A stretch of DNA of 14,861 bases from a virus. Its lineage: Duplodnaviria; Heunggongvirae; Uroviricota; Caudoviricetes. The notes under the pieces are model-generated. The model did no database searches, had not been told where the DNA came from, and saw only the letters and a list, made by a program, of their open reading frames with translations. The translations under genes and the position numbers were made by a program. This document shows, in pieces, positions 7,623-14,861 of this stretch. Where the stretch lies: IMG/VR virus record IMGVR_UViG_2778261068_000004; one strand, written 5' to 3'. Position 1 is the stretch's first letter. Each line of letters begins with the position of its first letter.

Positions 7623-8698
7623 ACGACAATGTCACGCTACGGGTAAATGGCCGGGAGTGGAATGGCTGGACATCGGTGCGCATCGGTGCCGGTATTGAAC
7701 GGCTGGCACGGGATTTCAGTGTGGAGATCACCCGCCAGTGGCCGGGAGATGAGGGTATCACCACGCTTCAGCCGCGTATTAAAAACGGTTCAAAAGTGGA
7801 AGTTCTGATTGGTGATGAGCTGGTGATCACCGGCTGGGTGGAGGCGACGCCCGTTCGTTACGATGCCCGTTCGGTCAGCACCGGTATTGCCGGACGCAGT
7901 CTGACCGCTGACCTGATTGACTGTGCAGCCGAACCGACACAGTTTAACGGACGATCGCTGGTACAGATTGCGCAGGCGCTTGCTGCGCCTTTCGGCATTG
8001 AGGTGGTGAACAACGGTGCGCCGTCGGGTGTTATTCCGGATGTCCAGCCTGATCACGGCGAAACGGTGATCGAGGTGATCAACAAAATACTCGGTCAGCA
8101 GCAGGCACTGGCTTACGACGACCCGCACGGCAGGCTGGTGATTGGCGGTATTGGCTCAACGCGGGCACATACCGCGCTGGTACTCGGGGAAAACATCCTT
8201 TCCTGCGATACGGAGAAGAGTATCCGGGAGCGGTTTTCTGTTTACCAGGTGGCGGGGCAGCGTGCCGGAAACGACGATGATTTCGGTGAGGCCACCACCA
8301 CCGCGCTGCGGGCCCGCACAGAGGACGCATTTATTTCCCGTTACCGTCCGATGTATATCAGGCAGACAGGGCAGGCCACGGGGGCAGGCTGTATTGCCCG
8401 TGCTGACTTTGAAGCCCGACAACGGGCGGCGCGGACGGATGAAACCACCTATGTGGTGCAGGGCTGGCGACAGGGTAACGGTACGCTGTGGCAGCCCAAC
8501 CAGCGGGTGATTGTCTTCGATCCGGTCTGTGGTTTCGACAATACCGAACTGCTTGTCTCGGAAGTCACGTTTACTCAGGACCAGAATGGCACCCTGACGG
8601 AAATCCGTGTCGGCCCACCTGATGCTTATCTGCCTGAACCCGAAGCCCCCGGCGCGCGGAAAAAGAAAAAAGCCAGAGTACAGGAGGACCCGTTCTGA
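7619..8698 (+). CDS. Baseplate hub protein (Mu gp44 / P2 gpD-like)
   Basis: 359 aa; ATGA overlap with the upstream gene and TGATG overlap with the downstream gene. Position and size match the Mu-type hub protein. Confidence 0.7.
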   Translation: MNDNVTLRVNGREWNGWTSVRIGAGIERLARDFSVEITRQWPGDEGITTLQPRIKNGSKVEVLIGDELVITGWVEATPVRYDARSVSTGIAGRSLTADLIDCAAEPTQFNGRSLVQIAQALAAPFGIEVVNNGAPSGVIPDVQPDHGETVIEVINKILGQQQALAYDDPHGRLVIGGIGSTRAHTALVLGENILSCDTEKSIRERFSVYQVAGQRAGNDDDFGEATTTALRARTEDAFISRYRPMYIRQTGQATGAGCIARADFEARQRAARTDETTYVVQGWRQGNGTLWQPNQRVIVFDPVCGFDNTELLVSEVTFTQDQNGTLTEIRVGPPDAYLPEPEAPGARKKKKARVQEDPF

Positions 8699-9246
8699 TG
8701 AAGGCGATTGAAACCATACAGCGACAACTCCTCGGCCTGATTGGGCGGGCCGTGGTGAAAAGCATCAGTGCCGCCACGAAATGTCAGACCGTGGATGTGT
8801 CCCTGATTGCCGGTGAACCCAAAGCCGGGGTTGAACATCTCGAACCCTACGGTTTTACCGCAAGGGCAAACAGCGGTGCGGAAGCGGTGGTGTTGTTTCC
8901 GGATGGCGACCGTTCTCATGCGGTGGTTGTTACGGTGTCGGACCGTCGCTACCGCCTGAAAGGGCTGCAGACGGGTGAGGTGGCTGTCTATGACGATCAG
9001 GGGCAGTCCGTGACGCTGACCCGGGAGGGGATCGTGGTGGACGGTGCAGGTAAAACGATCACGTTTCGCAATGCACCTGAAGCACGTTTTGAAATGGACC
9101 TGGAAGTGACCGGACAGGTGAAAGACCTGTGCGACTCCGGCGGCACCACCATGTCAGCGATGCGGCTTGCCTATAACGGGCATCGTCACAGAGAGAACGG
9201 TCAGGGCAGTAACACCGACAAACCTGATAAAGCGATGGAGGCATGA
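8698..9246 (+). CDS. Baseplate spike / assembly protein V (Mu gp45 / P2 gpV-like)
   Basis: 182 aa; a His-Arg-His motif (YNGHRHRENGQG) near the C-terminus resembles the histidine-containing tip of gpV-type spikes. Gene order hub-spike-gp46-gp47. Confidence 0.7.
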   Translation: MKAIETIQRQLLGLIGRAVVKSISAATKCQTVDVSLIAGEPKAGVEHLEPYGFTARANSGAEAVVLFPDGDRSHAVVVTVSDRRYRLKGLQTGEVAVYDDQGQSVTLTREGIVVDGAGKTITFRNAPEARFEMDLEVTGQVKDLCDSGGTTMSAMRLAYNGHRHRENGQGSNTDKPDKAMEA

Positions 9247-9671
9247 TGGAAGTGTGGCTGACGGTGAACGGTAAACGCACCTGCGCCAGCGCATCGCTGG
9301 ATCCGCTGACCCGCGCCGTGGTGATTTCCCTGTTTACCTGGCGGCGGGCGGAGCCTGATGACAATGCCGACGTCCCGATGGGATGGTGGGGGGATACCTG
9401 GCCTGCGGTACAGAATGACCGTTACGGCTCCCGACTGTGGCTGCTTCAACGCAGCAAACTGACCAATCAACTGGTGCAGACGGTAAGGGGGTATATCCGC
9501 GAATGCCTGCAATGGATGATTGATGACGGCGTGGTGTCCCGTATTGATCTGGATATCCGCCGCACCGGGATTAATGAACTGGGTAACAGTATCACTCTCT
9601 GGCGTCGTGACGGACCGGTAATGGTTTCTTTTGATGATCTGTGGAGTGCGATAACGCATGGCGGACAGTGA
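9243..9671 (+). CDS. Baseplate protein, Mu gp46 / P2 gpW / T4 gp25-like
   Basis: 142 aa small protein between the spike and J-like genes. Start is ATG at 9243 or 9246 (ATGATG). Confidence 0.65.
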   Translation: MMEVWLTVNGKRTCASASLDPLTRAVVISLFTWRRAEPDDNADVPMGWWGDTWPAVQNDRYGSRLWLLQRSKLTNQLVQTVRGYIRECLQWMIDDGVVSRIDLDIRRTGINELGNSITLWRRDGPVMVSFDDLWSAITHGGQ

Positions 9672-10716
9672 ATTTCAGCGCCCGACGCTGGCAGAAAATA
9701 TCAGTATGCTCCGTAACGATTTATTCGCCAGGCTGGACGTCAGCGACACGCTCCGGCGTATGGATGAAGACGTGCGGGCAAAGGTGTATGCGGCGGCGCT
9801 GCATACGGTTTACGGGTACATCGATTATCTGGCAATGAACATGCTGCCTGACCTGTGCGATGAGTCCTGGCTGGCGCGACATGCTGCGATGAAACGGTGT
9901 CCGCGCAAGGGGGCCACGGCTGCCAGCGGGTATATGCGCTGGGAAGGTGTCAGCGATGGCCTGAAGGTGACCGCCGGGAGTGTTATTCAGCGCGATGACC
10001 TGGTTCAGTACACGGCAACTGCCGATGCAACCAGCGCCGGTGGTGTCCTGCGCGTGCCGATCGCCTGCTCAAGTGCAGGCGCGGTCGGTAACGCTGACGA
10101 CGGTACGTCATTAATCCTGGTCACGCCGGTGAATGGTCTGCCGTCTTCCGGCGTGGCAGATACCCTGACAGGTGGATTCGATACTGAAGAGCTGGAAACG
10201 TGGCGCGCCCGCGTCATTGAGCGGTATTACTGGACGCCTCAGGGCGGGGCTGACGGGGACTATGTCGTCTGGGCTAAAGAAGTGCCCGGCATTACCCGCG
10301 CATGGACATACCGTCACTGGATGGGAACGGGAACTGTCGGTGTGATGATTGCCAGCAGTGACCTGATTAATCCCATTCCGGAAGAATCAACGGAAACGGC
10401 AGCAAGACAACATATCGGGCCACTGGCCCCGGTGGCAGGCTCTGATTTGTATGTATTCAGGCCGGTGGCGCATAAAGTGGATTTTCATATCCGTGTGACG
10501 CCGGACACACCGGAAATACGGGCTGCCATCACCGCCGAGTTGCGTTCGTTCCTGCTGCGTGATGGTTATCCGCAGGGAGAACTGAAGGTGTCGCGTATCA
10601 GTGAGGCGATTTCCGGTGCGAACGGGGAATACAGCCATCAGTTGCTTGCACCGGCAGACAATATCTCCATTGCAAAAAATGAACTGGCGGTTCTGGGGAC
10701 GATTTCATGGACGTGA
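9658..10716 (+). CDS. Baseplate J-like protein (Mu gp47 / P2 gpJ-like)
   Basis: 352 aa; position and size match the baseplate J-like wedge protein of Mu/P2-type tails. Overlaps both neighbours. Confidence 0.75.
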   Translation: MADSEFQRPTLAENISMLRNDLFARLDVSDTLRRMDEDVRAKVYAAALHTVYGYIDYLAMNMLPDLCDESWLARHAAMKRCPRKGATAASGYMRWEGVSDGLKVTAGSVIQRDDLVQYTATADATSAGGVLRVPIACSSAGAVGNADDGTSLILVTPVNGLPSSGVADTLTGGFDTEELETWRARVIERYYWTPQGGADGDYVVWAKEVPGITRAWTYRHWMGTGTVGVMIASSDLINPIPEESTETAARQHIGPLAPVAGSDLYVFRPVAHKVDFHIRVTPDTPEIRAAITAELRSFLLRDGYPQGELKVSRISEAISGANGEYSHQLLAPADNISIAKNELAVLGTISWT

Positions 10717-11291
10717 CAAACGATGATTACATTCGCCTGTTGTCAGCACTGTTGCCGCCCGGTCCGGCGTGGTCAGCCAGCGATCCGGCGATTGCCGGTG
10801 CGGCACCGTCATTAACCCGCATTCATCAGCGTGCGGATGCCCTGATGCGGGAGCTGGATCCGCGCACCACCACCGAACTGATAAACCGCTGGGAGCGCCT
10901 GTGCGGTCTGCCGGATGAATGTATTCCGGCAGGGACACAGACCCTTCGCCAGCGTCAGCAACGGCTGGATGCGAAGGTTAACCTGGCGGGCGGCATCAAC
11001 GAGGATTTTTATCTTGCCCAGCTTGCTGCCCTGGGCAGACCAGATGCCACCATCACGCGATACGACAAAAGCACCTTCACCTGCTCATCGGCCTGTACTG
11101 ACGCGGTGAATGCGCCGGAATGGCGGTATTACTGGCAGGTCAACATGCCAGCTGCCACCAACACCACCTGGATGACATGTGGCGATCCCTGTGATTCCGC
11201 TCTGCGTATCTGGGGCGACACCGTTGTCGAGTGTGTGCTTAACAAACTCTGCCCGTCGCATACCTACGTAATTTTTAAATATCCGGAGTAA
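10707..11291 (+). CDS. Baseplate / tail-fibre attachment protein (Mu gp48 / e14 YmfQ-like, DUF2313)
   Basis: 194 aa; the same length and position as YmfQ of the E. coli e14 element as I remember it, directly upstream of the tail fibre gene. Confidence 0.65.
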   Translation: MDVTNDDYIRLLSALLPPGPAWSASDPAIAGAAPSLTRIHQRADALMRELDPRTTTELINRWERLCGLPDECIPAGTQTLRQRQQRLDAKVNLAGGINEDFYLAQLAALGRPDATITRYDKSTFTCSSACTDAVNAPEWRYYWQVNMPAATNTTWMTCGDPCDSALRIWGDTVVECVLNKLCPSHTYVIFKYPE

Positions 11292-11294
11292 TCC

Positions 11295-12035
11295 ATGCAT
11301 CGTATAGACACGAAAACCGCGCAGAAGGATAAGTTCGGCGCGGGTAAGAACGGTTTTACCCGTGGTAACCCCCAGACCGGCACACCTGCCACCGATCTGG
11401 ATGATGACTACTTTGACATGTTGCAGGAGGAGCTTTGCAGCGTTGTGGAGGCATCCGGTGCCAGTCTGGAGAAGGCGCGGCATGACCAGCTGCTTACCGC
11501 GCTTCGTGCGCTGCTGTTAAGCCGCAAGAATCCGTTTGGCGATATCAAATCGGATGGCACGGTGAAAACGGCTCTCGAAAACCTTGGTTTAGGAGAAGGC
11601 TCAGCATTGCCTGTTGGCGTACCTGTTCCGTGGCCCTCAGCCACTCCGCCAACAGGCTGGCTAAAATGCAACGGAGCAGCTTTTTCTGCTGAAGAATACC
11701 CGGAACTGGCAAAGGCTTACCCGACAAATAAATTGCCTGATTTACGTGGTGAGTTTATTCGTGGCTGGGATGATGGGCGCGGCATTGATACAGGGCGTGC
11801 TTTATTGAGTATTCAGAGTGATGAAGTCAGAAAGCTCGCATTAAAATACTGGGGGCCAGCTTCAAACAGTTCACCATCAAAAACATTTGCACTCAGCGAC
11901 AGTGCCGGTGGCGGGTTGTACACGGATGGAATAAGTCAGGCAAGCGGTGGGATTATCAACGCTTTTCAGCTCCCCGGCGGGAGTGAAACCCGTCCACGAA
12001 ATATTGCATTTAACTATATCGTGAGGGCTGCATAA
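11295..12035 (+). CDS. stf: Side tail fibre, currently expressed isoform (constant N-terminal part plus cassette A tip)
   Basis: 246 aa; GGAG 7 nt upstream. N-terminus [26 protein letters not shown] is the Mu S / e14 StfP-type N-terminus. The variable part after the crossover motif ENLGLGEG carries a phage tail-collar-like motif (PVPWP ... [23 protein letters not shown] ... [12 protein letters not shown]). Confidence 0.8.
   Translation: MHRIDTKTAQKDKFGAGKNGFTRGNPQTGTPATDLDDDYFDMLQEELCSVVEASGASLEKARHDQLLTALRALLLSRKNPFGDIKSDGTVKTALENLGLGEGSALPVGVPVPWPSATPPTGWLKCNGAAFSAEEYPELAKAYPTNKLPDLRGEFIRGWDDGRGIDTGRALLSIQSDEVRKLALKYWGPASNSSPSKTFALSDSAGGGLYTDGISQASGGIINAFQLPGGSETRPRNIAFNYIVRAA
11572..11597. 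repeat. Left hix/gix/pix-like recombination site (12-2-12, core TT) inside the tail fibre gene
   Basis: CTCTCGAAAACC-TT-GGTTTAGGAGAA. Quasi-palindromic and close to the Hin site TTCTTGAAAACC-AA-GGTTTTTGATAA as I recall it. The core TT occupies positions 2-3 of the Leu codon in ENLGLGEG. Confidence 0.6.
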
Positions 12036-12637
12036 TGGATAACGCCGTATTAAATAGCGAGCTTATTGCCACGAAGGCGGGGAATATTACCGTCTATAAC
12101 TATGATGGTGAAACTCGGGAATATATTTCCACATCAAATGAATATCTTGCCATTGGTGTCGGTATCCCTGCATATTCCTGTTTAGATGCGCCAGTTACAC
12201 ATAAAGCTGGTTATGCTATCTGCCGCTCAGCAGATTTTAACTCATGGGAATATGTGCCAGACCATCGCGGTGAAATTGTCTATAACACCGAAACGGGAGA
12301 TGCCAAAGAAATCACAGCACCAGGCGACTATCCCGAAAAAACAACCACTCTCGCACCGTTAACGCCATACGATAAATGGGATGGTGAGAAATGGGTGACC
12401 GATACTGAGGCACAGCATAGCGCCGCAGTAGAAGCGGCAGAAGCACAGCGCCAGTCGCTGATTGATGCTGCAATGGCTTCTATCAGTCTGATTCAACTGA
12501 AATTACAGGCCGGGCGGAAGCTGACGCAGACAGAAAACACCCGACTTAACGCCGTGCTGGATTACATTGACGCGGTGACGGCAACAGATACCAGCACCGC
12601 GCCGGATGTCATCTGGCCTGAACTGCCGGAGGCGTAG
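12035..12637 (+). CDS. tfa: Tail fibre assembly protein (cassette A)
   Basis: 200 aa; TAATG overlap with stf. N-terminus [30 protein letters not shown] is typical Tfa. C-terminal motif LNAVLDYIDAVTATDTSTAPDVIWPELP is shared with the opposite-strand paralogue. Confidence 0.8.
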   Translation: MDNAVLNSELIATKAGNITVYNYDGETREYISTSNEYLAIGVGIPAYSCLDAPVTHKAGYAICRSADFNSWEYVPDHRGEIVYNTETGDAKEITAPGDYPEKTTTLAPLTPYDKWDGEKWVTDTEAQHSAAVEAAEAQRQSLIDAAMASISLIQLKLQAGRKLTQTENTRLNAVLDYIDAVTATDTSTAPDVIWPELPEA

Positions 12638-13052
12638 GCCATTCAATATCTGGAGCACTGGAGGTATCAACCAGTTCCAGTGCGTCCAGATAATCCAGCC
12701 ACAAATTATATTGCGCCAGTTCCTCACCTTTCAGACGACCAATAGCTGCTTTGCCAGGCCATTGCTTACTGTTCATATATTCGTTGGCATTATCAATAAG
12801 ATTTTGCTTTTGAGCTGTGGCAAGGAGCATTGCTTCTTCAGGAGCCATTGGTAGAATATCAACCCACTTAGGTTGTCCATCATCATTTGCACCGCGCGCT
12901 TTCCCTTCAGGTGGTGTTCCTGAATAAGTCAAAAATATTTCATCAGATACTGGTGTAATATCATCCGGTAAGCTGTCATATGAGCGATATAGCTCCAGCA
13001 TATCTACCGGATAAAAAGCTAACGTCGTCCGTGAAAAATAATAATTACTCAT
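12609..13052 (-). CDS. tfa: Tail fibre assembly protein (cassette B, silent in this orientation)
   Basis: 147 aa on the minus strand; C-terminus YNLWLDYLDALELVDTSSAPDIEWPTPP parallels the Tfa motif of cassette A. Its 3' end overlaps the 3' end of the + strand tfa by 29 nt. Confidence 0.75.
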   Translation of the reverse strand: MSNYYFSRTTLAFYPVDMLELYRSYDSLPDDITPVSDEIFLTYSGTPPEGKARGANDDGQPKWVDILPMAPEEAMLLATAQKQNLIDNANEYMNSKQWPGKAAIGRLKGEELAQYNLWLDYLDALELVDTSSAPDIEWPTPPAVQAR

Positions 13053-13053
13053 A

Positions 13054-13407
13054 TCAGCACCCTATTGCAAACCAGCGAAAATTATAATTGCCACCAGAAG
13101 CATCACAGCGTAGAAGAAATCCTGTCCTGGTCATATTCCCTGCTGCCCCGGCAACAATTTTTCCGCCACCATTATCGTAGGACGTCACCACCTGAAAACA
13201 TTGTGACGGAAAAGCGATTGGGAAATTCATCTCATTGCCTGTCGAGCCTACATAACCCGTACCTGCATCTCCTGCCCCCCATTGGATAATCAATCCTCCC
13301 GGTAACTTCTGATATCCCTTGCTGGCAATGCTGCCAGAAAAAGAACTCATATCCGGTATCTGACCTGAACCTGTTCCTACATTTCGTTTTGCCGCTTCTC
13401 CCAAACC
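13054..13407 (-). CDS. stf: Promoterless alternative tail-fibre C-terminal cassette (tip B); becomes fused to the stf N-terminus after inversion
   Basis: Minus-strand frame reads ...INVGLGEAAKRNVGTGSG...GYQKLPGGLIIQWG...NFPIAFPSQCFQVV...GFLLRCDASGGNYNFRWFAIGC, resembling Mu S / lambda Stf-type C-terminal receptor-binding domains. It is in frame with the stf constant part across the crossover core. The Met codons at 13449 upstream are probably not used. Confidence 0.65.
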   Translation of the reverse strand, partial: GLGEAAKRNVGTGSGQIPDMSSFSGSIASKGYQKLPGGLIIQWGAGDAGTGYVGSTGNEMNFPIAFPSQCFQVVTSYDNGGGKIVAGAAGNMTRTGFLLRCDASGGNYNFRWFAIGC

Positions 13408-13421
13408 AACGTTTATGAAAA
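13396..13421. repeat. Right hix/gix/pix-like recombination site (12-2-12, core AA on top strand, i.e. inverted relative to the left site)
   Basis: TTCTCCCAAACC-AA-CGTTTATGAAAA. Its reverse complement shares about 19 of 21 nt with the left site around the core (AAACSTTGGTTTRGGAGAAG). Lies 55 nt upstream of the invertase ATG. Confidence 0.6.
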
Positions 13422-13475
13422 TGAAGAAATAACAAGCAAATGGCATCATTCCTGCTTTTACCAGGGGGATTTAAC

Positions 13476-14030
13476 ATGCTTATTGGCTATGTACGCGTAT
13501 CAACAAATGACCAGAACACAGATCTACAACGTAATGCGCTGAACTGTGCAGGATGCGAGCTGATTTTTGAAGACAAGATAAGCGGCACAAAGTCCGAAAG
13601 GCCGGGACTGAAAAAACTGCTCAGGACATTATCGGCAGGTGACACTCTGGTTGTCTGGAAGCTGGATCGGCTGGGGCGTAGTATGCGGCATCTTGTCGTG
13701 CTGGTGGAGGAGTTGCGCGAACGAGGCATCAACTTTCGTAGTCTGACGGATTCAATTGATACCAGCACACCAATGGGACGCTTTTTCTTTCATGTGATGG
13801 GTGCCCTGGCTGAAATGGAGCGTGAACTGATTGTTGAACGAACAAAAGCTGGACTGGAAACTGCTCGTGCACAGGGACGAATTGGTGGACGTCGTCCCAA
13901 ACTTACACCAGAACAATGGGCACAAGCTGGACGATTAATTGCAGCAGGAACTCCTCGCCAGAAGGTGGCAATTATCTATGATGTGGGGGTATCGACTTTG
14001 TATAAGAAGTTTCCGGTCGGAGATAAATGA
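13476..14030 (+). CDS. pin: Serine DNA invertase (Pin/Gin/Hin/Cin family)
   Basis: 184 aa from ATG 13476, with AGGGGG Shine-Dalgarno 8 nt upstream; the track's 13440 start adds 12 unlikely residues. MLIGYVRVSTNDQNTDLQ carries the catalytic Ser of small serine recombinases; GRRPKLTPEQ and the C-terminal HTH are as in Pin/Gin. Appears nearly identical to E. coli e14 Pin from memory. Confidence 0.9.
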   Translation: MLIGYVRVSTNDQNTDLQRNALNCAGCELIFEDKISGTKSERPGLKKLLRTLSAGDTLVVWKLDRLGRSMRHLVVLVEELRERGINFRSLTDSIDTSTPMGRFFFHVMGALAEMERELIVERTKAGLETARAQGRIGGRRPKLTPEQWAQAGRLIAAGTPRQKVAIIYDVGVSTLYKKFPVGDK

Positions 14031-14032
14031 AA

Positions 14033-14065
14033 CCGTAGCACGTCGTATGCAAGATCGTGCTGCGG
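14033..14065. terminator. Putative bidirectional terminator hairpin between the convergent pin and GIY-YIG genes
   Basis: CCGTAGCACG (14033-14042) pairs with CGTGCTGCGG (14056-14065), 10 bp including one G-U, with a 13-nt loop. T-rich on the + strand after the stem (TTTATGCTTAT) and on the - strand after the stem (complement of GATAAATGAAA). Confidence 0.35.
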
Positions 14066-14087
14066 TTTATGCTTATCACTTAAAGAC

Positions 14088-14861
<774 letters not shown>

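Larger units (their letters stand above)
11572..13421. other. Invertible tail-fibre host-range segment (Mu G-segment / e14 P-region-like): stf tip A, tfa A, then inverted tfa B and stf tip B
   Basis: Bounded by the two inverted hix-like sites. Gene layout is convergent (stfA-tfaA on +, tfaB-stfB on -). A serine invertase gene follows immediately to the right. Confidence 0.65.

Noticed and set aside
8079-9659. Cluster of overlapping alternative-frame and minus-strand ORFs across the hub, spike and gp46 genes (8079..8330, 8142..8510, 8156..8422, 8626..8919, 9059..9364, 9201..9659)
   Set aside because: All overlap the contiguous, translationally coupled + strand baseplate genes. Their translations are Arg/Pro/Gly-rich, as expected for off-frame reading of GC-rich coding DNA.
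12606-13289. Plus-strand ORFs 12606..12854 and 13065..13289 within the silent cassette
   Set aside because: Antisense to the minus-strand tfa and fibre-tip genes, which have clear family motifs. Translations are low-complexity with no start context.
13408-13449. Met-initiated start (MMPFACYFF...) of the minus-strand fibre cassette as an independent gene
   Set aside because: The residues upstream of the crossover core are read from DNA outside the invertible segment (the pin leader) and are hydrophobic nonsense. The cassette is better explained as a promoterless 3' exon that is only expressed after inversion.
13440-13475. Extended N-terminus (MASFLLLPGGFN) for the invertase
   Set aside because: Serine invertases of this family begin MLIGY with the catalytic Ser near residue 10. 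ATG 13476 has a good AGGGGG Shine-Dalgarno, and the 13440 start overlaps the recombination site region.

Overview
This window reads as the late (virion morphogenesis) region of an e14/SfV-like temperate phage or prophage with enterobacterial-looking codon usage. All genes but the last three are on the + strand, tightly packed with ATGA/TGATG/TAATG overlaps. In order: a small head-module ORF; lambdoid/HK97-type head-tail joining genes; a complete Mu-type contractile tail and baseplate module (sheath, tube, chaperone with a -1 frameshift site, tape measure, DNA circulation protein, hub, spike, gp46/47/48-like proteins); a side tail fibre whose C-terminal part lies inside a Gin/Hin/Pin-type invertible cassette bounded by two inverted hix-like 26-bp sites; the serine invertase gene; and a convergent, AT-rich cargo gene encoding a protein with a complete GIY-YIG nuclease motif set. 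That last gene sits where E. coli e14 carries mcrA and is the best candidate for an uncharacterised defence/exclusion or homing function. Only this single gene is visible before the window ends, so any partner genes cannot be assessed. Everything here comes from reading the supplied translations and the DNA by eye; no database search, alignment or folding computation was possible, and family names are recalled from memory.
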